Origin: the human T2T-CHM13v2.0 reference genome, Homo sapiens
DNA length: 64,000 bases
Assembly (NCBI RefSeq): GCF_009914755.1
Contig: NC_060932.1
Reading direction: 5' to 3' (one strand)
The translations under genes and the position numbers were made by a program. This document shows, in pieces, positions 43,671 to 56,600 of the stretch. Every line of letters begins with the position of its first letter. The stretch's first letter is position 1. The notes beneath the pieces are model-generated. The model worked only from the letters and a program-made list of their open reading frames with translations, was not told where the DNA came from and searched no databases.

Positions 43671-45527
43671 CCTCTAGAAATGAAGGCTTAATTAAGAGTT
43701 TTGATTAATTGAGATTATACACACGCAAGAAAAAAGGCTTCATTTTGGATTTGAAAGCCCTAACTCACAGGGTAGGAATGTAATAAGTTCAATTTCTAAG
43801 TACACTATTTTGTTAGCCTCTAAGCACTGTTTTCTTCTTTGTTTGGCTAAACATTGCTACCTCTTCAGCACAGTTCTATCCAGAAAGCCTCCGCTTCTTG
43901 GGAGAACTCACTCAGCATCTCCCTCTTGAGTCCATTCCTTTTGCAAATACCAGCTACACTTGTCTAGTTTGTATTGGAAAGAGTTTCTCTATCTCAGATT
44001 AGAAAACTCTGCCTGCATTAAAAGAGAAATTCCAGCAATATGCTTGGATAGGGTAATCAGCCCAAGTCTATCACATTGAATTAGTGGCAAGATAGTTCCT
44101 ATGACTTCATTAACTCTCCTATTATCAGCATTCATGTTGTCCAACTGAACCTCATCTAAATATTCCTGTAGAGCATCATTATTTAAGTTTAAAGGCACTT
44201 AAAATCAAGTCACACAATGGTTATGGATTGGAATCAGTGCAGGCTATTTATAGAAAAGCACTGAATAGACATATAGAATGGACAGAAGATGTGCTGTTTT
44301 AAAGCCTGCTGTATTTATGGCAACATCCCAACAAGGCTCATTGGGCACCTACTATGTGCAAGATACTAAATAATGCATTTCATTCTTTTTGCTGTACACA
44401 GGAAACGACGCATTCAAAATAATGCTAACCTGTCAAGTTATTGATCTGCACTGTACATATTTCCTGGTCATAGGCAGCTTCCACACAAGAACATCTGGAT
44501 GCAAATTAAAGAATTCAATTACTCAAGCCTAAGTGAGTATATCTATTTCCTGGTAGCTGGTAACTGACTTATAGTTGGCATCCTAGAGACATAGCCCAAG
44601 GCTATTTTGACAAACAATGAAGTAATAGATATTTTTTTTTATGCTGCTAAGGAAAAGATATTTGCAGTCATGCTTGACATTATTCAGGTAACCACCAAAA
44701 CGTCCAAACTATAATTACTATTTGGTCACATTGAGATGCTACATAAGCCCTATGATTAATACGTCAGTGTAAAAAATCTGTCAGGATTTTGTCATAATAT
44801 TGCCTGTTATTTTTCTGCTAGTAAATTTTCTGAGACATATACTTATCCATGCATAAAACAGCTGTGGCAAGGTGGTAATTGTCCAGCAATAGGGGGAAGC
44901 CAGGAGTAGGTTTAGATTTTGGGTAACAGTAAATTTTAAAACACAGTTTTGAAATAATTTCTAATATAAAAATTCAATGTTAGAACTTTTATTTGGTAGC
45001 CTAGTCTCTGAAACAAGAATATACATTCAAACATCTTAAATGTAAAATGATAGGTCAATTTGAATTTTTTCTTCTTATTGACATGTTCATTTCACCTGAT
45101 CTTTAGCCTCTCTGGATCCCTGGAATGCAAGGAGGTGAATTCATCATGTGTTTCATGAGGAAAGAAGGAATAAAGGAAAAGAGGGAGGGAAGGAGGGAGA
45201 AAGGAAGGGCAAAATGGGAATAGACACGCCTCTTCTTATATCCAAAAGACTTTGCTATGTAGCGTCATTCCCCTCTGTCAAGCAGCTTCCCACATAAAAA
45301 CCATCTGTAAAGCGGAGGAGGTAGTAAAGCAAGTTGTTGACAATAATAGTCAAGTTCATCTCTGGCTTTGTCAAGAAGAGAAATGGAAAACAGAAGCTTA
45401 GGGTCGTTGATAATTTAAAATTAATTCAAATAATTCTGTATTGCTTTGCTCAGGTGATAGAGGAGACCTCGGCTACTCTGCCTGAGCACATCACTGCTGG
45501 ATCTCAAAATCTGCAAGAACTTCCTAG

Positions 45528-45672
45528 GGCTTCAGGAACTTTCATGTGCATACCAGTCACCTGGGAATCTTGTTACGATGCATATTCTTTTTCAGTGAGC
45601 CCAAATTCTGCAATTCTTATAAGGTCTTAGGGGACATGATGTTTGCTTCTAGTGGTCCATGGTCTACTCCTG
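45528..45672. mobile_element. MER5A-type fragment
   Basis: TGTGCATACCAGTCACCTGGGAATCTTGTTACGATGCATATTCT...TTCTGCAATTCT...GGTCCATGG. Confidence 0.65.
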
Positions 45673-46375
45673 AAGGTCCACCATGCCCAGCTTCATCTCC
45701 CCACCCTCTGGAAACTCTCCTGTACCCAAGCCACTTGCTCTCTTCTAAATAGGCATTGTGTTCCCATGTTCCCATGTGTCTGCCTCTTTCAACTTCTCCT
45801 CTAAAAATTCTCCATGACCCCCAAGCATAAGCCTCCAGCAGCAAGCTCAAAAATGCTTTCTACTCTGTTGTGTTGCCCGGCCCACTTCAAGAGTAGATGC
45901 TCAATTCCTTCTTCCCCTAGTCGTATTTGCTGCTACTTTTGCAGGCTGCTGGAACACTTTCACTCTGAGGATTCTGATGAACACAGTTCTTGCCCTCTTC
46001 ACTTTTCCAATCTGGTTGCAGGCACAGCGGGGGACAGCAGGAGTGCAACACAGTAACTTAATATAATATGGAGCTGCTATTATGGAGGGAAACATTCACT
46101 GCTCTGAAAGGACTCAACAGCTGAGTCTTAAAGAAGGATTTTACAAGATTGACAAAGAAATGGGTTATCTCCAGATAGGAAGGAAAAATCACAAGGAATA
46201 GTACAGCAAGGAAAGAGGAAACAGCACTGGACTTGGGGAAAAGGGAAATCCTTGAGATGTTGCTAAGGCATAAAGAGCAAGACAGAGAGTGTCAGAAGAT
46301 GACGCTGACGTCACCTGACTCCTGCTGCTGAGCTTCTCTGACATTTTCTCAAGGGCTCAAGGCTTGGATACCCTC

Positions 46376-46733
46376 TGATATGGTTTATCTGTGTCCCCGC
46401 CCAAATCTCACCTTGGTTTGTAATCATCTCCATGTGTCAAGAATGGGACCAGGTGGAGATAATTGAATCATGGGGGCAGTTTCCCACATACTGTTCACAT
46501 GGTAGTAAATAAGTCTCATGAGCTCTGATGGTTTTATAAATGGGAGTTCCCCTGCACAGGCTCTTTTTGCCTGCCACCATGGAAGACACCCCTTTGCCCT
46601 TCCTTTATTTTCTGCCACAATTGTGAGGCCTCCCTAGCTATGTGGAATTGTGAGTGCATTAAACCTCTTTCCTTTACAAAATTACCCAGTCTTGGGCATG
46701 TCTTTATTAGCAGCATGAGGACAGACTAATACA
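46376..46733 (+). mobile_element. THE1 (C-like) solo LTR
   Basis: TGATATGGTTT...CAGACTAATACA with a perfect 5-bp TSD, CCCTC, at 46371-46375 and 46734-46738. Confidence 0.93.
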
Positions 46734-46914
46734 CCCTCTTTCAATACCTAAAATAGACAAAGCCCTATTTGGAATTTTGGAAAAACACAATCTAGTCTCC
46801 GAAGGTAGGCACAGAAGCTCTGAGCTGACACAATATTGAAGTCGTTACTTGCCTGGTCCTTAGGCATTTCCTAGTCCACAATCACACATCCACATCTTCA
46901 ATAGCAGCAATTTC

Positions 46915-47405
46915 CATCTCCAGTCTTTGCTTTCCCCAGAAGCAGATCCTGAAGCAAGAAATTGAATGCAAGTAGTTTATTTGGGATGTGAAGACCAGTA
47001 GGGGAGTGGAGAAGTGAGACAAAGAAGGGAAGGCCATCAACGCAGGGTGCGTTATCAAGCCAGCTATCAGTGTGGACAACTGTAGCTTACTCCCTTGAGG
47101 AATCCCTGGGAGTCAGTGTGAAACACAAATCCCTGAGTTACCCACCCACCCCTACCCCTAGAAGGGCAAGGGAGCTTGGTATGCAGGCATCCATTTCCAC
47201 TAGTCATTGGCTGAGGGCTGCTAGTGCTGGGATGGTACAGAAGTTACTTCCCTGGCTCTTCCTGCCTGCTCTAGGTGGGAAAAGGGTCTCTTACAGCAAC
47301 AGAAAGTCCTGAGGCAAAGAAATGCAGGAGCTGGCACCTGGAAGCCTTGGTGGGGTCGGGGGTGGTTTGAGCAGAGGGCCGCAAGGGTGCCACATGCCCC
47401 ACAGA
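46915..47405 (-). mobile_element. LTR33-like ERVL LTR
   Basis: TTCCCCAGAAGCAGATCCTGAAGCAAGAAATTGAATGCAAGTAGTTTATTTGGGA...CAGGGTGCGTTATCAAGCCAG...GTCATTGGCTGAGGGCTGC. Confidence 0.7.
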
Positions 47406-47956
47406 AAGCCTTCATCCGTTTGCCTGCCCCCTACCACACCAGCCCTGCTGTCCCAGACTCTGACTTTCCTGATTCACTCTCCTGTTCTGTGTTTGGGGTT
47501 TTCCTTCAACTGAAGCTTCCCTCCCCACCAGCTACTCCAGTATAGCACACAGTGAAGTACTTAGAAAATGTTTGTTGAATTCTATCTGATGACTCAAATC
47601 CAATGGGCTACCTGGTGAATTTATTTTAACATGATCCTGAAATGAAACTGAGATGATTTTACACGAACTACTTATTTTATCTATAGGCCCACATTGATAT
47701 TACTTCCTATTCCTCTGGTAATTGGTGAAACTGTGAGAGGAAATTTCTCTTTTTTTCTTTCTAAGCCGACATATTTTGATTCAATTATATCATCATGCTA
47801 CACTCAGGGGGTTATATTACATTGCCTCTTCTCTGCCCCAATTGTGCACAATCCTGTAATATTAGGGAGGTTTTACTATAACTCCTAAGCCTCAAATATA
47901 TTTCCCCAGTGGTTTGATTTTACATCCTCTTTTTGGGTTTTATAAATGGCATCAGA

Positions 47957-48497
47957 TGTAGGAGCCTATGGTGCCAGCTGAAGTTTTTTCCTCTTAGCCA
48001 TATTACCCATTTTCTGCTAACAGAAAAAAGCACTAATCTGTCCACTCCCAAAACATGTGTGTCAGGTGGCATTAATACCATCTGTGGCTGTAGCAGCAAG
48101 CATGTGACTCATGCCTGACCAATCAGAGCATCACATTGTTTTTGGCCACTGTGTGTGCATGTGACCCATTCAGAATCTGTGAAATACAATATGATATTTC
48201 CTAGAACTACTGAGAATACATTTTCTTCTTTTCTTCTGAACTTGAACCTGGCAGAAATCTTCCAGGAACTGCTGGCAGCCATCTTACTGTCAAACCCAAG
48301 CCTAAGAACAATGATAAAAGGAAGAGGAGCAGAACTAAGAGAGAAAGGGAGGCTGAGACTAGATGACAAATCCAGCTGAGAAAAGTTAGGGATCCTTCTG
48401 GCCTTGGTAGTTTCATGAAACAACAGACCACTTTTGGCTTCTGACAGTTTAGTTAGGTTTTCTGTCACTTGCAACTAAAAGATCTCTAACTGATACA
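47957..48497 (+). mobile_element. MLT1J/K-like MaLR LTR
   Basis: CCAATCAGAGCATC...TGCTGGCAGCCATCTT...GGTTTTCTGTCACTTGCAACTAAAAGATCTCTAACTGATACA. Confidence 0.75.
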
Positions 48498-48519
48498 GAA
48501 CCTGACAGACCTGTCTATA

Positions 48520-48680
48520 AATCCCAGTCCTGCCTTTTGCTAGTTCAGTTTTTTAAGTTCAGTTTCATCTTTTCAATGGGGACAAAATATCCTTCTGACA
48601 GGGTGTTGTGAAGAAATAAAATGATATACGCAAAATCCTCTACACAATATCTGACCCAAATGTAGAAATCCATAAAAGTT
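48520..48680 (+). mobile_element. MIR fragment
   Basis: TCAGTTTCATCTTTTCAATGGGGACAA...ACAGGGTGTTGTGAAGAAATAAAATGA. Confidence 0.6.
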
Positions 48681-49066
48681 AACTCCTTTTCTCCCTGTCC
48701 CCACCCTCCTCTCTGCCCTCCACACTGGCTTCCTCTGAGCACATAGCAGCCCAGGAAAGGGACATGTACACTGAGTGCATTCTGTCATTGATAAAGTCAG
48801 GGAAAATGAACATGGAAGCCCCATGATCAATATACCAGACTCCATGCTGAGGAGGGGAGTGATCCCCAGCTGGCCTCACACTGAGATTCAGGAGACTTGG
48901 GTCATTTTTGTGACTTGAACAATTTATTTCTCTTCTCTGGATTTTGTTTGCTTTTCTCTCAAATGGGAGGGATAGTATAAAGATGGCATCTAAGGTCCCC
49001 ATCAGCTTTGAAATACACTAGGTCTCATTTCCTGAAATGAGACTCTAAAATCTCTGCACATGTGTT

Positions 49067-49235
49067 CAGAGCAGGACCAAGATGAGGATGAGATATGTGG
49101 GATGCCTAGGACAGAATATTTAATGAGACACTCACTTTCAGATGTGAACCCCACACCAGCATGGTGCCAGGAGTAAGCGCCTCTCTAAATTTTGCTCCCT
49201 AGCCACCAAGCCTGATCACACTGGTCTCAGCTCTG
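49067..49235. mobile_element. MER91A-like hAT element
   Basis: Palindromic layout CAGAGC...ATTTAATGAGACACTCACTTTCAG...GAGTAAGCGCCTCTCTAAATTTTGC...GCTCTG. Confidence 0.65.
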
Positions 49236-51575
49236 ATAGGTTCCACTTACAGCAGTGCTTGCCTTAGGCTACATGAACACTAACTGCTGTGTCCACCACC
49301 ATGGTTCCAACCAGCTAATGCTGTGAAACAACCTTGAATTTTGAGTTAGACCGAGGAAACCACATCCCTCCTGGACTCAAAGGAAGGCTTTTCCTGATTT
49401 ATGAATTCTGGGACTCATTTTGATCCACCATGGACTGACTTATGAATCATATTGTTTTATCAAGAGTTCCAGTTTTTAATCCTAAATTAGCATCAGCACC
49501 ATGAACCTCCCCCACCATCCACCAGGGCTTTTCTAGCACACCACAGGCACCACCATCGCCTTGACTTGTCAAAGAACTACTTGGAGAGCTTCTTCACGGG
49601 TAGTGTTTTTTATTGGGAAAATATATCGACTAAGCTTCTTTTAAAAACAAAAAACGCCTCTGGCTTTTGTTTTATTCTTTGGCAACACAGGTATTACATA
49701 GCCTTGAGAGAACCAAGAAGTTGATTTTATTCCATCGTGATGAGGTGTGTGAGCTTTATGTTAATTTTATGTGTCAACTTAACTATGCTAAGGGATACCT
49801 GGATAGCTGGGAAAACAGTATTTGTTTTAGTGTTTTAATGTAAATGATTGAAAAAAGAAATGAGCAGAGAGAGAAGATCCAAACACGGAGAGTAGTGTAA
49901 AAATAATGAGAAACTGGAAGGAGAGACAGAAATTAAGTACAAAGAAAGTCATTTCCAACCCTATCTTTGATGTAGATACTCACATGTAAACACACATATA
50001 AATGTATTTTGTGCATTTACAAAATACTAGGCACTTTACACATGAGGTCCTGTTTACTGCTTACAACAAAAAATGAGAAGCCATGGTTATTGACATTTTA
50101 TAGGTAAGCAAATTAAAGCTGAGCCAAAGTCACATCACATGACTCAACTGTGGTAAAAGAATCTCAGTTGAAAATGAGATCTCTGGCTTTAAAGACGGCT
50201 AAACCCCCTTGAGGATTTTGCAGAGTAAATACAATTTTGATTTACTATTTGTCCTTTATCTTCCCAAAGGTTTCAGTGTTTCTGGTCATCAGCAAAGTTG
50301 TAATAGGAAGAAGTTTTAACTCCCTGTCCTCTAAGGGAGCTAGTTTAAATAGCCTGCTCCTGTGAACAAAGTAACAGAAGAGCTCTTTTTGAAGAATTAG
50401 GGACTCTGATTTCATGCCTGCGTTTCCTGCGAAGTTTCACAACTGTGGCTGCAGTCATCTTCACAGCAGAGCTCTCATTATTATGAGTGCCCACAGCAGC
50501 AGCTGTAATTTTCAAAAGAAACATTAAGCCTGTCTCCACCCCACCCCCAATGTCTATTAATATATCAGTAACAAATACCTTGCTGATAGCCCTGAATTTT
50601 GACAGCTCTAGGAGACGGCATCTTCCACAGTTATTGTCCTTTAAGAAAAGCAGTTTTATGAGGGGATTCTAGTGCAATTGGCATGGTTTCTTTACTAATC
50701 CGAAACCCAAAACTTGTCCCGTTTCTTTAGAAATTGAAAACCCAAAACAACCATCTCAAGGAAAAGTTCCAAGATGCTGCAGCTGCTATTTTATGGCTTT
50801 ATGAAAAGGCATCTGTTTTTAAGAAACACAATTAATGTCATTTAGTTCCTTCCAAACACCCAATAGTGGATGAAGAATCACCAGAGGACAAAGTGAACAG
50901 CTCTTGGAAGGGTAATTGTAGGAAACATACATTTAGAGCCAGTGACTGGACCAGTATTGGCTCCTTCAGAAGGACAGAAGGATGACCTTTGCATCTGCCT
51001 GGGGTAAACATCCATGTTTCCCAGCCTTAGAGGTGTATATGGAGAGTAAAACCAACTACCTAAATGAATATGGGTCATTCTGGGGTGAATTTTGCCTAAT
51101 GCTTGAACATACAGCTTGTCCTCATTTCAGACTGCTATTTGAGACAGATATTCACTTGCAAATGAGTCCCCATTATACAATGTAATAAAGGGAATAGCTA
51201 CAGAATATCTTTTGCAATTGTTATGATCTGTTAGGTATTATCAATGGTCTTACAGCCTAAAAAAACTCAACAATCAGTTCTTATTAGTCCTTTTATGCTA
51301 GTTTCTGCACTGATTGAGCACATTTATTTATTTCACGATCTCCCATTAACTCCACTCCAGACTAGGATTTCCTTTAATACTCCACTGCATCCTCACTTAG
51401 CTGGGCGAACTCCTGTAAAGCTCTGGGTTCCTAGCACCTGGCACATTAACTGACCCTCAGCAAGCACTTCTTGGATGCGTTGACTTTCCAAACTGGTCTC
51501 CAACTACCATCAAGCATTATATATAATAATTCCTTAACAACTTCTCTTACAAAAATAGGGCAACCCTGTCGATCC

Positions 51576-51579
<4 letters not shown>

Positions 51580-51614
<35 letters not shown>

Positions 51615-51632
51615 GCACACACATATGCATAC
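51580..51632. repeat. (CA)n microsatellite
   Basis: Direct inspection. Confidence 0.9.
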
Positions 51633-52410
51633 AAACATGATATTCCAGGATGGCCATTTGGCAAACTGGAAATAGGAAAATCTAGTTAGTCCTTGGTGTT
51701 TTCACTCTTTTTTATCTATTTTTTTTTTTTCTGTTTCTATTTTGTCTTCAGCTCTCTACTAGCAAGCTATCTACCCATTGGCATATAGCTTTTCCTTTCT
51801 GGCCATAGACTTGCTTGTGGGTTAGGTTTCTTTCTAGGTATTCTTTCTACTCTGACTCTTTATCTGATAGAAAGAGACCCAGTGCAACCAAGTTTTTCTG
51901 GGAAAAGGTATATAAAGAGGGTACAATGTCAATTAAAACCTAAAAGACAGAACTTACATAGGTTTCTGATAAGCTAAATTCAGATTTGTGTATGAATCTC
52001 CACACACACATACAAAAAAACAGAGAATTCAGAGTGGGAAGTGGGGGTGGCTATCAAGTAGGGTAAGACAGAAGTTTACAGAAGTGACCTAATTACAGAG
52101 GTTGTTTCTGGAGAGGCTACTTCAAGAGGTGAAATCGTTCATAATTCTAGACTCCACAGTGTTGATCATTGCTTAGGGAGTTTTCTTCTCATAAGAGCTG
52201 AACTTGGCTGGGTTCTTTCCTTACTGCCAAATTTACACACCTCCTAACTTTGTTTCTGCCCACATCCCACGCCTTGTTCTTCAGACTTCCAATTGATTAT
52301 GAGAGCTAATCAGTAGCCTCCCAATAAAGTCGTTGTATGCCTAAGTTGGACAGAGTCTTGCAACCAAGATCCTTCACAAATTGGAAAACTAAGAAGTAAA
52401 GATGTTTAAA

Positions 52411-52707
52411 GGCCAGGCTCGGTGGCTCATGCCTGTAATCCCAGGACTTTGAGAGGCTGAGGCGGGCAGATCACGAGGTCAGGAGATTGAGACCATCCTG
52501 GCTAACAGGGTGAAACCCCATCTCTACTAAAAATACAAAAAATTAGCTGGGGCCTGGTGGCAGACGCCTATAGTCCCAGCTACTTGGGAGGCTGAGGCAG
52601 GAGAATGGTGTGAACCCAGGGGGCAGGTTTGCAGTGAGCAGAGATTGCACCACTGCACTCCAGCCTGGGTGAAAGAGCAAGACTCCGTCTCAAAAAAAAA
52701 AAAAAAA
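52411..52707 (+). mobile_element. AluY
   Basis: Y diagnostics (GAGACCATCCTGGCTAAC, AGAATGGTGTGAACC). TSD AAGTAAAGATGTT(T/A)AAA at 52394-52410 and 52708-52724. Confidence 0.93.
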
Positions 52708-55700
52708 AAGTAAAGATGTTAAAAAAAAAAACACTTACTAAAAATGACAGGGAAAATGGCAGATAGGAGACAGGGCTAATACGTAGCTACCACGTGAATG
52801 GACAGAAGAGTGTGTGGAGACTAACAGTGTGATTTTTGCTCCAAGAACCACCAAAAGAACATACCAAGAAAACTGAAAGAATTCACGGATTCTTTGAAAG
52901 AAGTGGCATGCTGCTGAAAATTCCATAAAACACGTGAAAAAAATGAGTTCCCAAATTGTGAGTTGGGGGAAAAAATCCTGCCTCTGAACACACATCCCCA
53001 CTGGAGAATCTGAAAATGCAGATCATGGGAGAAAGATTTAACCTTACCTAGAGATGAAATGGGTTAGGGAGTCACAAGAAATATATAGGTACGAGTAGAA
53101 GCGGGAAGTGCCTTGAACACACTCCCAGTCTCCAGCTTGAGCCCAGGGAAGCCAACCCTGCCTATATCTCACAGGGGCCCTTGGGAAAGGCAGCCAGCAA
53201 AATTGGGGAGGTACCATGGGGCAAAGGAAGTTCCCAACTGAAATTGGTTGTGGTTTGACTGGGCACAACTTTTCTTGAGTGGAGTCTAGGAGACTAGAAG
53301 GAGCTGCTGTGAATACGTGCAAGCCAGTATGCAAGCACAGGAGTGCAGGAGCTGCCACGGATGGAGTGGGCAGATAGGGAGGGGCAAGGTCCAAAAGCTG
53401 TACTTGCTTTCTTAGCAGGGTAGCTCACAGCCTGGGGCAAGGTTTGAGTGGGGCACTGTGGGAGCAATACCGGCCTCACCAACTGTGTGGGAGCTGGGTA
53501 AGCCTTCTCACTGCTGGTTATCCCCTACTTCCCTGGTAAACTATATAACACAGCAGAGGCAGCCAAGATCTCCTCTGGAACATAATCCCATTGGCTTGAG
53601 AACAACTCTCCCATCCCCCATAGTGGCTGTGGCAAGCCCCACCCCAGGAGACTCTGAGATCAGACCCTCCTAACCCTCCCTTCCCTGATAGTATTCCCCT
53701 ACTCACCCTGGTAGCTGAACACAAAACATAAAAACTCTGGGAGCTTTATATCCCTGCCTATCACCTGAGAAACCAAAATACTTACCCTGGCTATCTTAGG
53801 GCAAGCTTAGAGCCCCCTACTATTACAACAGCTGGTGCTTGCTTGAAAGTGCTACCTCCTGGTTGGAGGCCAACGAACTCAGGTCATTACAGCAACTCAT
53901 GACAGAATAACTCCTATCCCAAGAAGGAGAAGACAACACCTAATTCAACTGTCTGCAAAATCCTGGCTAACCAGAGGCCCTGAGGGTGGCCATGTGACAA
54001 CTTCACTGCTAGCATAACCAGTATTAGAGAAAGCCAGTACACTAAACATATCTATAACCAAGGATTCTCACAGAGTCTACTTCATTTCCCTGCCACATCT
54101 ACCAGAGCAGGTGCTGGTATCCATGGCTGGGAAACCTGAAGATGGGTCACATAACAGGACTCTTTGCAGACATACTCCAGCGCCATCACGGAGCCTGGTA
54201 TTCCTGCTGGGTGGCTAGATCCAGAAGGGCAATAACAATCACTGTAGTCTAGCTCTCAGGAAGCCCATCCCCACAGGAACAGGAAGAGCATCACATTCAG
54301 GGATCACCCCATGGGACAAGAGAATCTGAACAGCAGGCCTTGAGCTCCAGACCTCTCCACTAAAGTAGTCTACCCAAGTAAGAAGGAACCAGTAAAGTAA
54401 TACTGGTAATATGACAAAACAAGGTTCTGTAACACTCCCCAAAAATCATACCAGCTTCCCAGCAATGGATCCAAACCAATAAAAAAAATTTCTGAATTGC
54501 TGGATAAAGAATTCAGAAGGTTAGTTTTTAAGCTACTCAAGGAGATATCAGAGAAAGATAAAAAAACAAAGAAATTTTAAAAAACACAGGATATGGATAA
54601 AAAATTCTCCAGAAAAATAGGCATCATAAAGAAAAAACAATCACAATTTCTGGAAGTGAAAAGCACACTTAAAGAAATAAAAAATGCACTGGAAAATTTC
54701 AACACCAGACTAGAATGAGCAGAAGAAAGAATTTCAGAGCTCAAAGACAAGTCTTTCAAATTAAAATTAACCCAATCAGACAAAGACAAAGAAAAAAGGA
54801 ATTTTAAAAAATGAACAAAGGCTTCAAGAAATTTGGAATTATGTTAAATAGCCAAACCTAAGAATAATTGGTGTTCCTGAGGAAGAAGAAAAATCTAAAA
54901 GTTTGAAAAATTTATTTGATGGAATAATTGAGGAAAACTTCCCTGGCCTTGCTAGACATCTAGATATCCAAATACAAGAAGCTCAAAGAACACCTGGGAA
55001 ATTCACCATAAAAAGATAATCACCTAGGCACATGGTCATCAGGTTATCTAAAGTCAAGATGAAGGAAAGAATCTTAAGAGCTGTGAGACAAAAGCATCAG
55101 ATAACCTATAAAGGAAAACCTATCAGATTAAAGGCAGACCTCTCAGCAGAAACCTTACAAGCCAGAAAGGATTGGGGTCCCATTTTCAGCCTCCTGAAAC
55201 AAAATAATTGTCAGCCAAACATTTTGTATCCAGCAAAGCTAAGCTTCACATACAAAGGACAGATAGACTCTTTTTCAGACAGACAAATGCTGAGACAATT
55301 CACCACTACTAAACTAGCACTACAAAAAATGCTAAAAGGAGTTCTAAATCTTGAAACCAAAGCTCAAAATACACCAAAATAGAACCTTCTTAAAGCATAA
55401 ATCTCACAGGGCATATAAAACAATAACACAATGGAAAACAACAATAACAATAAGGTATTAAGGTAACAACTAACATGATGAATGGAACAGTACCTCACAT
55501 CTCAATACTAACATTGAATGTAAATGGCCTAAATGCCCCACTTAAAGATACAGAATGGCAGAATGGGTGAAAATCCACCAACCAAGTATCTGCTGTCTTC
55601 AAGACACTCATCTAATGCATAAGGACTCACATAAACTTAAGGTAAAGGGATGGAAAAAGATATTCCCCACAAATGAAAACCAAAAGTGAGCAGGAGTAGC

Positions 55701-55727
55701 TATTCTTATATCAGATGAAACAGACTT

Positions 55728-56600
55728 TTTTTTAACTTTTATTTTAAGTTCAGGGGTACACGTGCAGGACATGCAGGTTTGTTACATAGGTAGATGAGTG
55801 TCATGGGGGGTTTGTTATACAGATTATTTTATCACTGAGGTATTAAGGCTAGTATCCATTAGTTATTTTTTCTGATCCTCTCCCTCTTCCCATCTTCCAT
55901 TCTCTGATAGGTCCCAGTGTCTGTTGTTCCCTTCTGTGTGCTCATGTGTTCTCATCATTTAGCTCCCACTTACAAGTGAGAACATGCCATATTTGGTTTT
56001 CCATTTCTGTGTCAGTTTGCTAAGGATAATGGCCTCCAGCTGCACTCATGTCTCTGCAAAAAACATATTCTCATTATTTTTTATGGCTGCATAGTATTCC
56101 ATGATGTATATGTACAACTTTTATCTAGTCAATCATTAATGAGCATTTAGGTTGATTCCATGTCTTTGCTATTGTCAATAATGCATATCCACGCATGTGT
56201 CTTTATAATAGAACAATTTATATTCCTTTGGGTAATATCAATACCATTTAAGCCAGTAACTGGATTGCTGGGTTAAATAGTATTTCTGTCTTTAGGTCTT
56301 TAAGGAATCGCCATGCTGTCTTCCACAATACTTGACCTAATTTATGCTCCTGCCAACAGTGTATAAGTATTTCTTTTTCTCCACCAGTATATGTTATTTT
56401 TTACTTTTTAATAACAGACATTCTGACTGGTGTGAGATGGCATCTCATTGTGGTTTTGATTTGCATTTCTCTAATGATCAGTGATGTTGAGCTTTTATTC
56501 ATGTGATTGTTGGCCACATGTATGTCTTCTTTTGAGAAGTGTCTGTTTATGTCCTTTGCCCACTTTTTAATGGAGTTGTTTGTTTGTTTTTTTTTTTTCA
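55728..56600 (-). mobile_element. 5'-truncated L1PA13-like element nested in the L1PB ORF2
   Basis: Antisense L1 3' end (AACTTTTATTTTAAGTTCAGGGGTAC...). TSD AAACAGACTT at 55718-55727 and 56601-56610. Confidence 0.85.
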
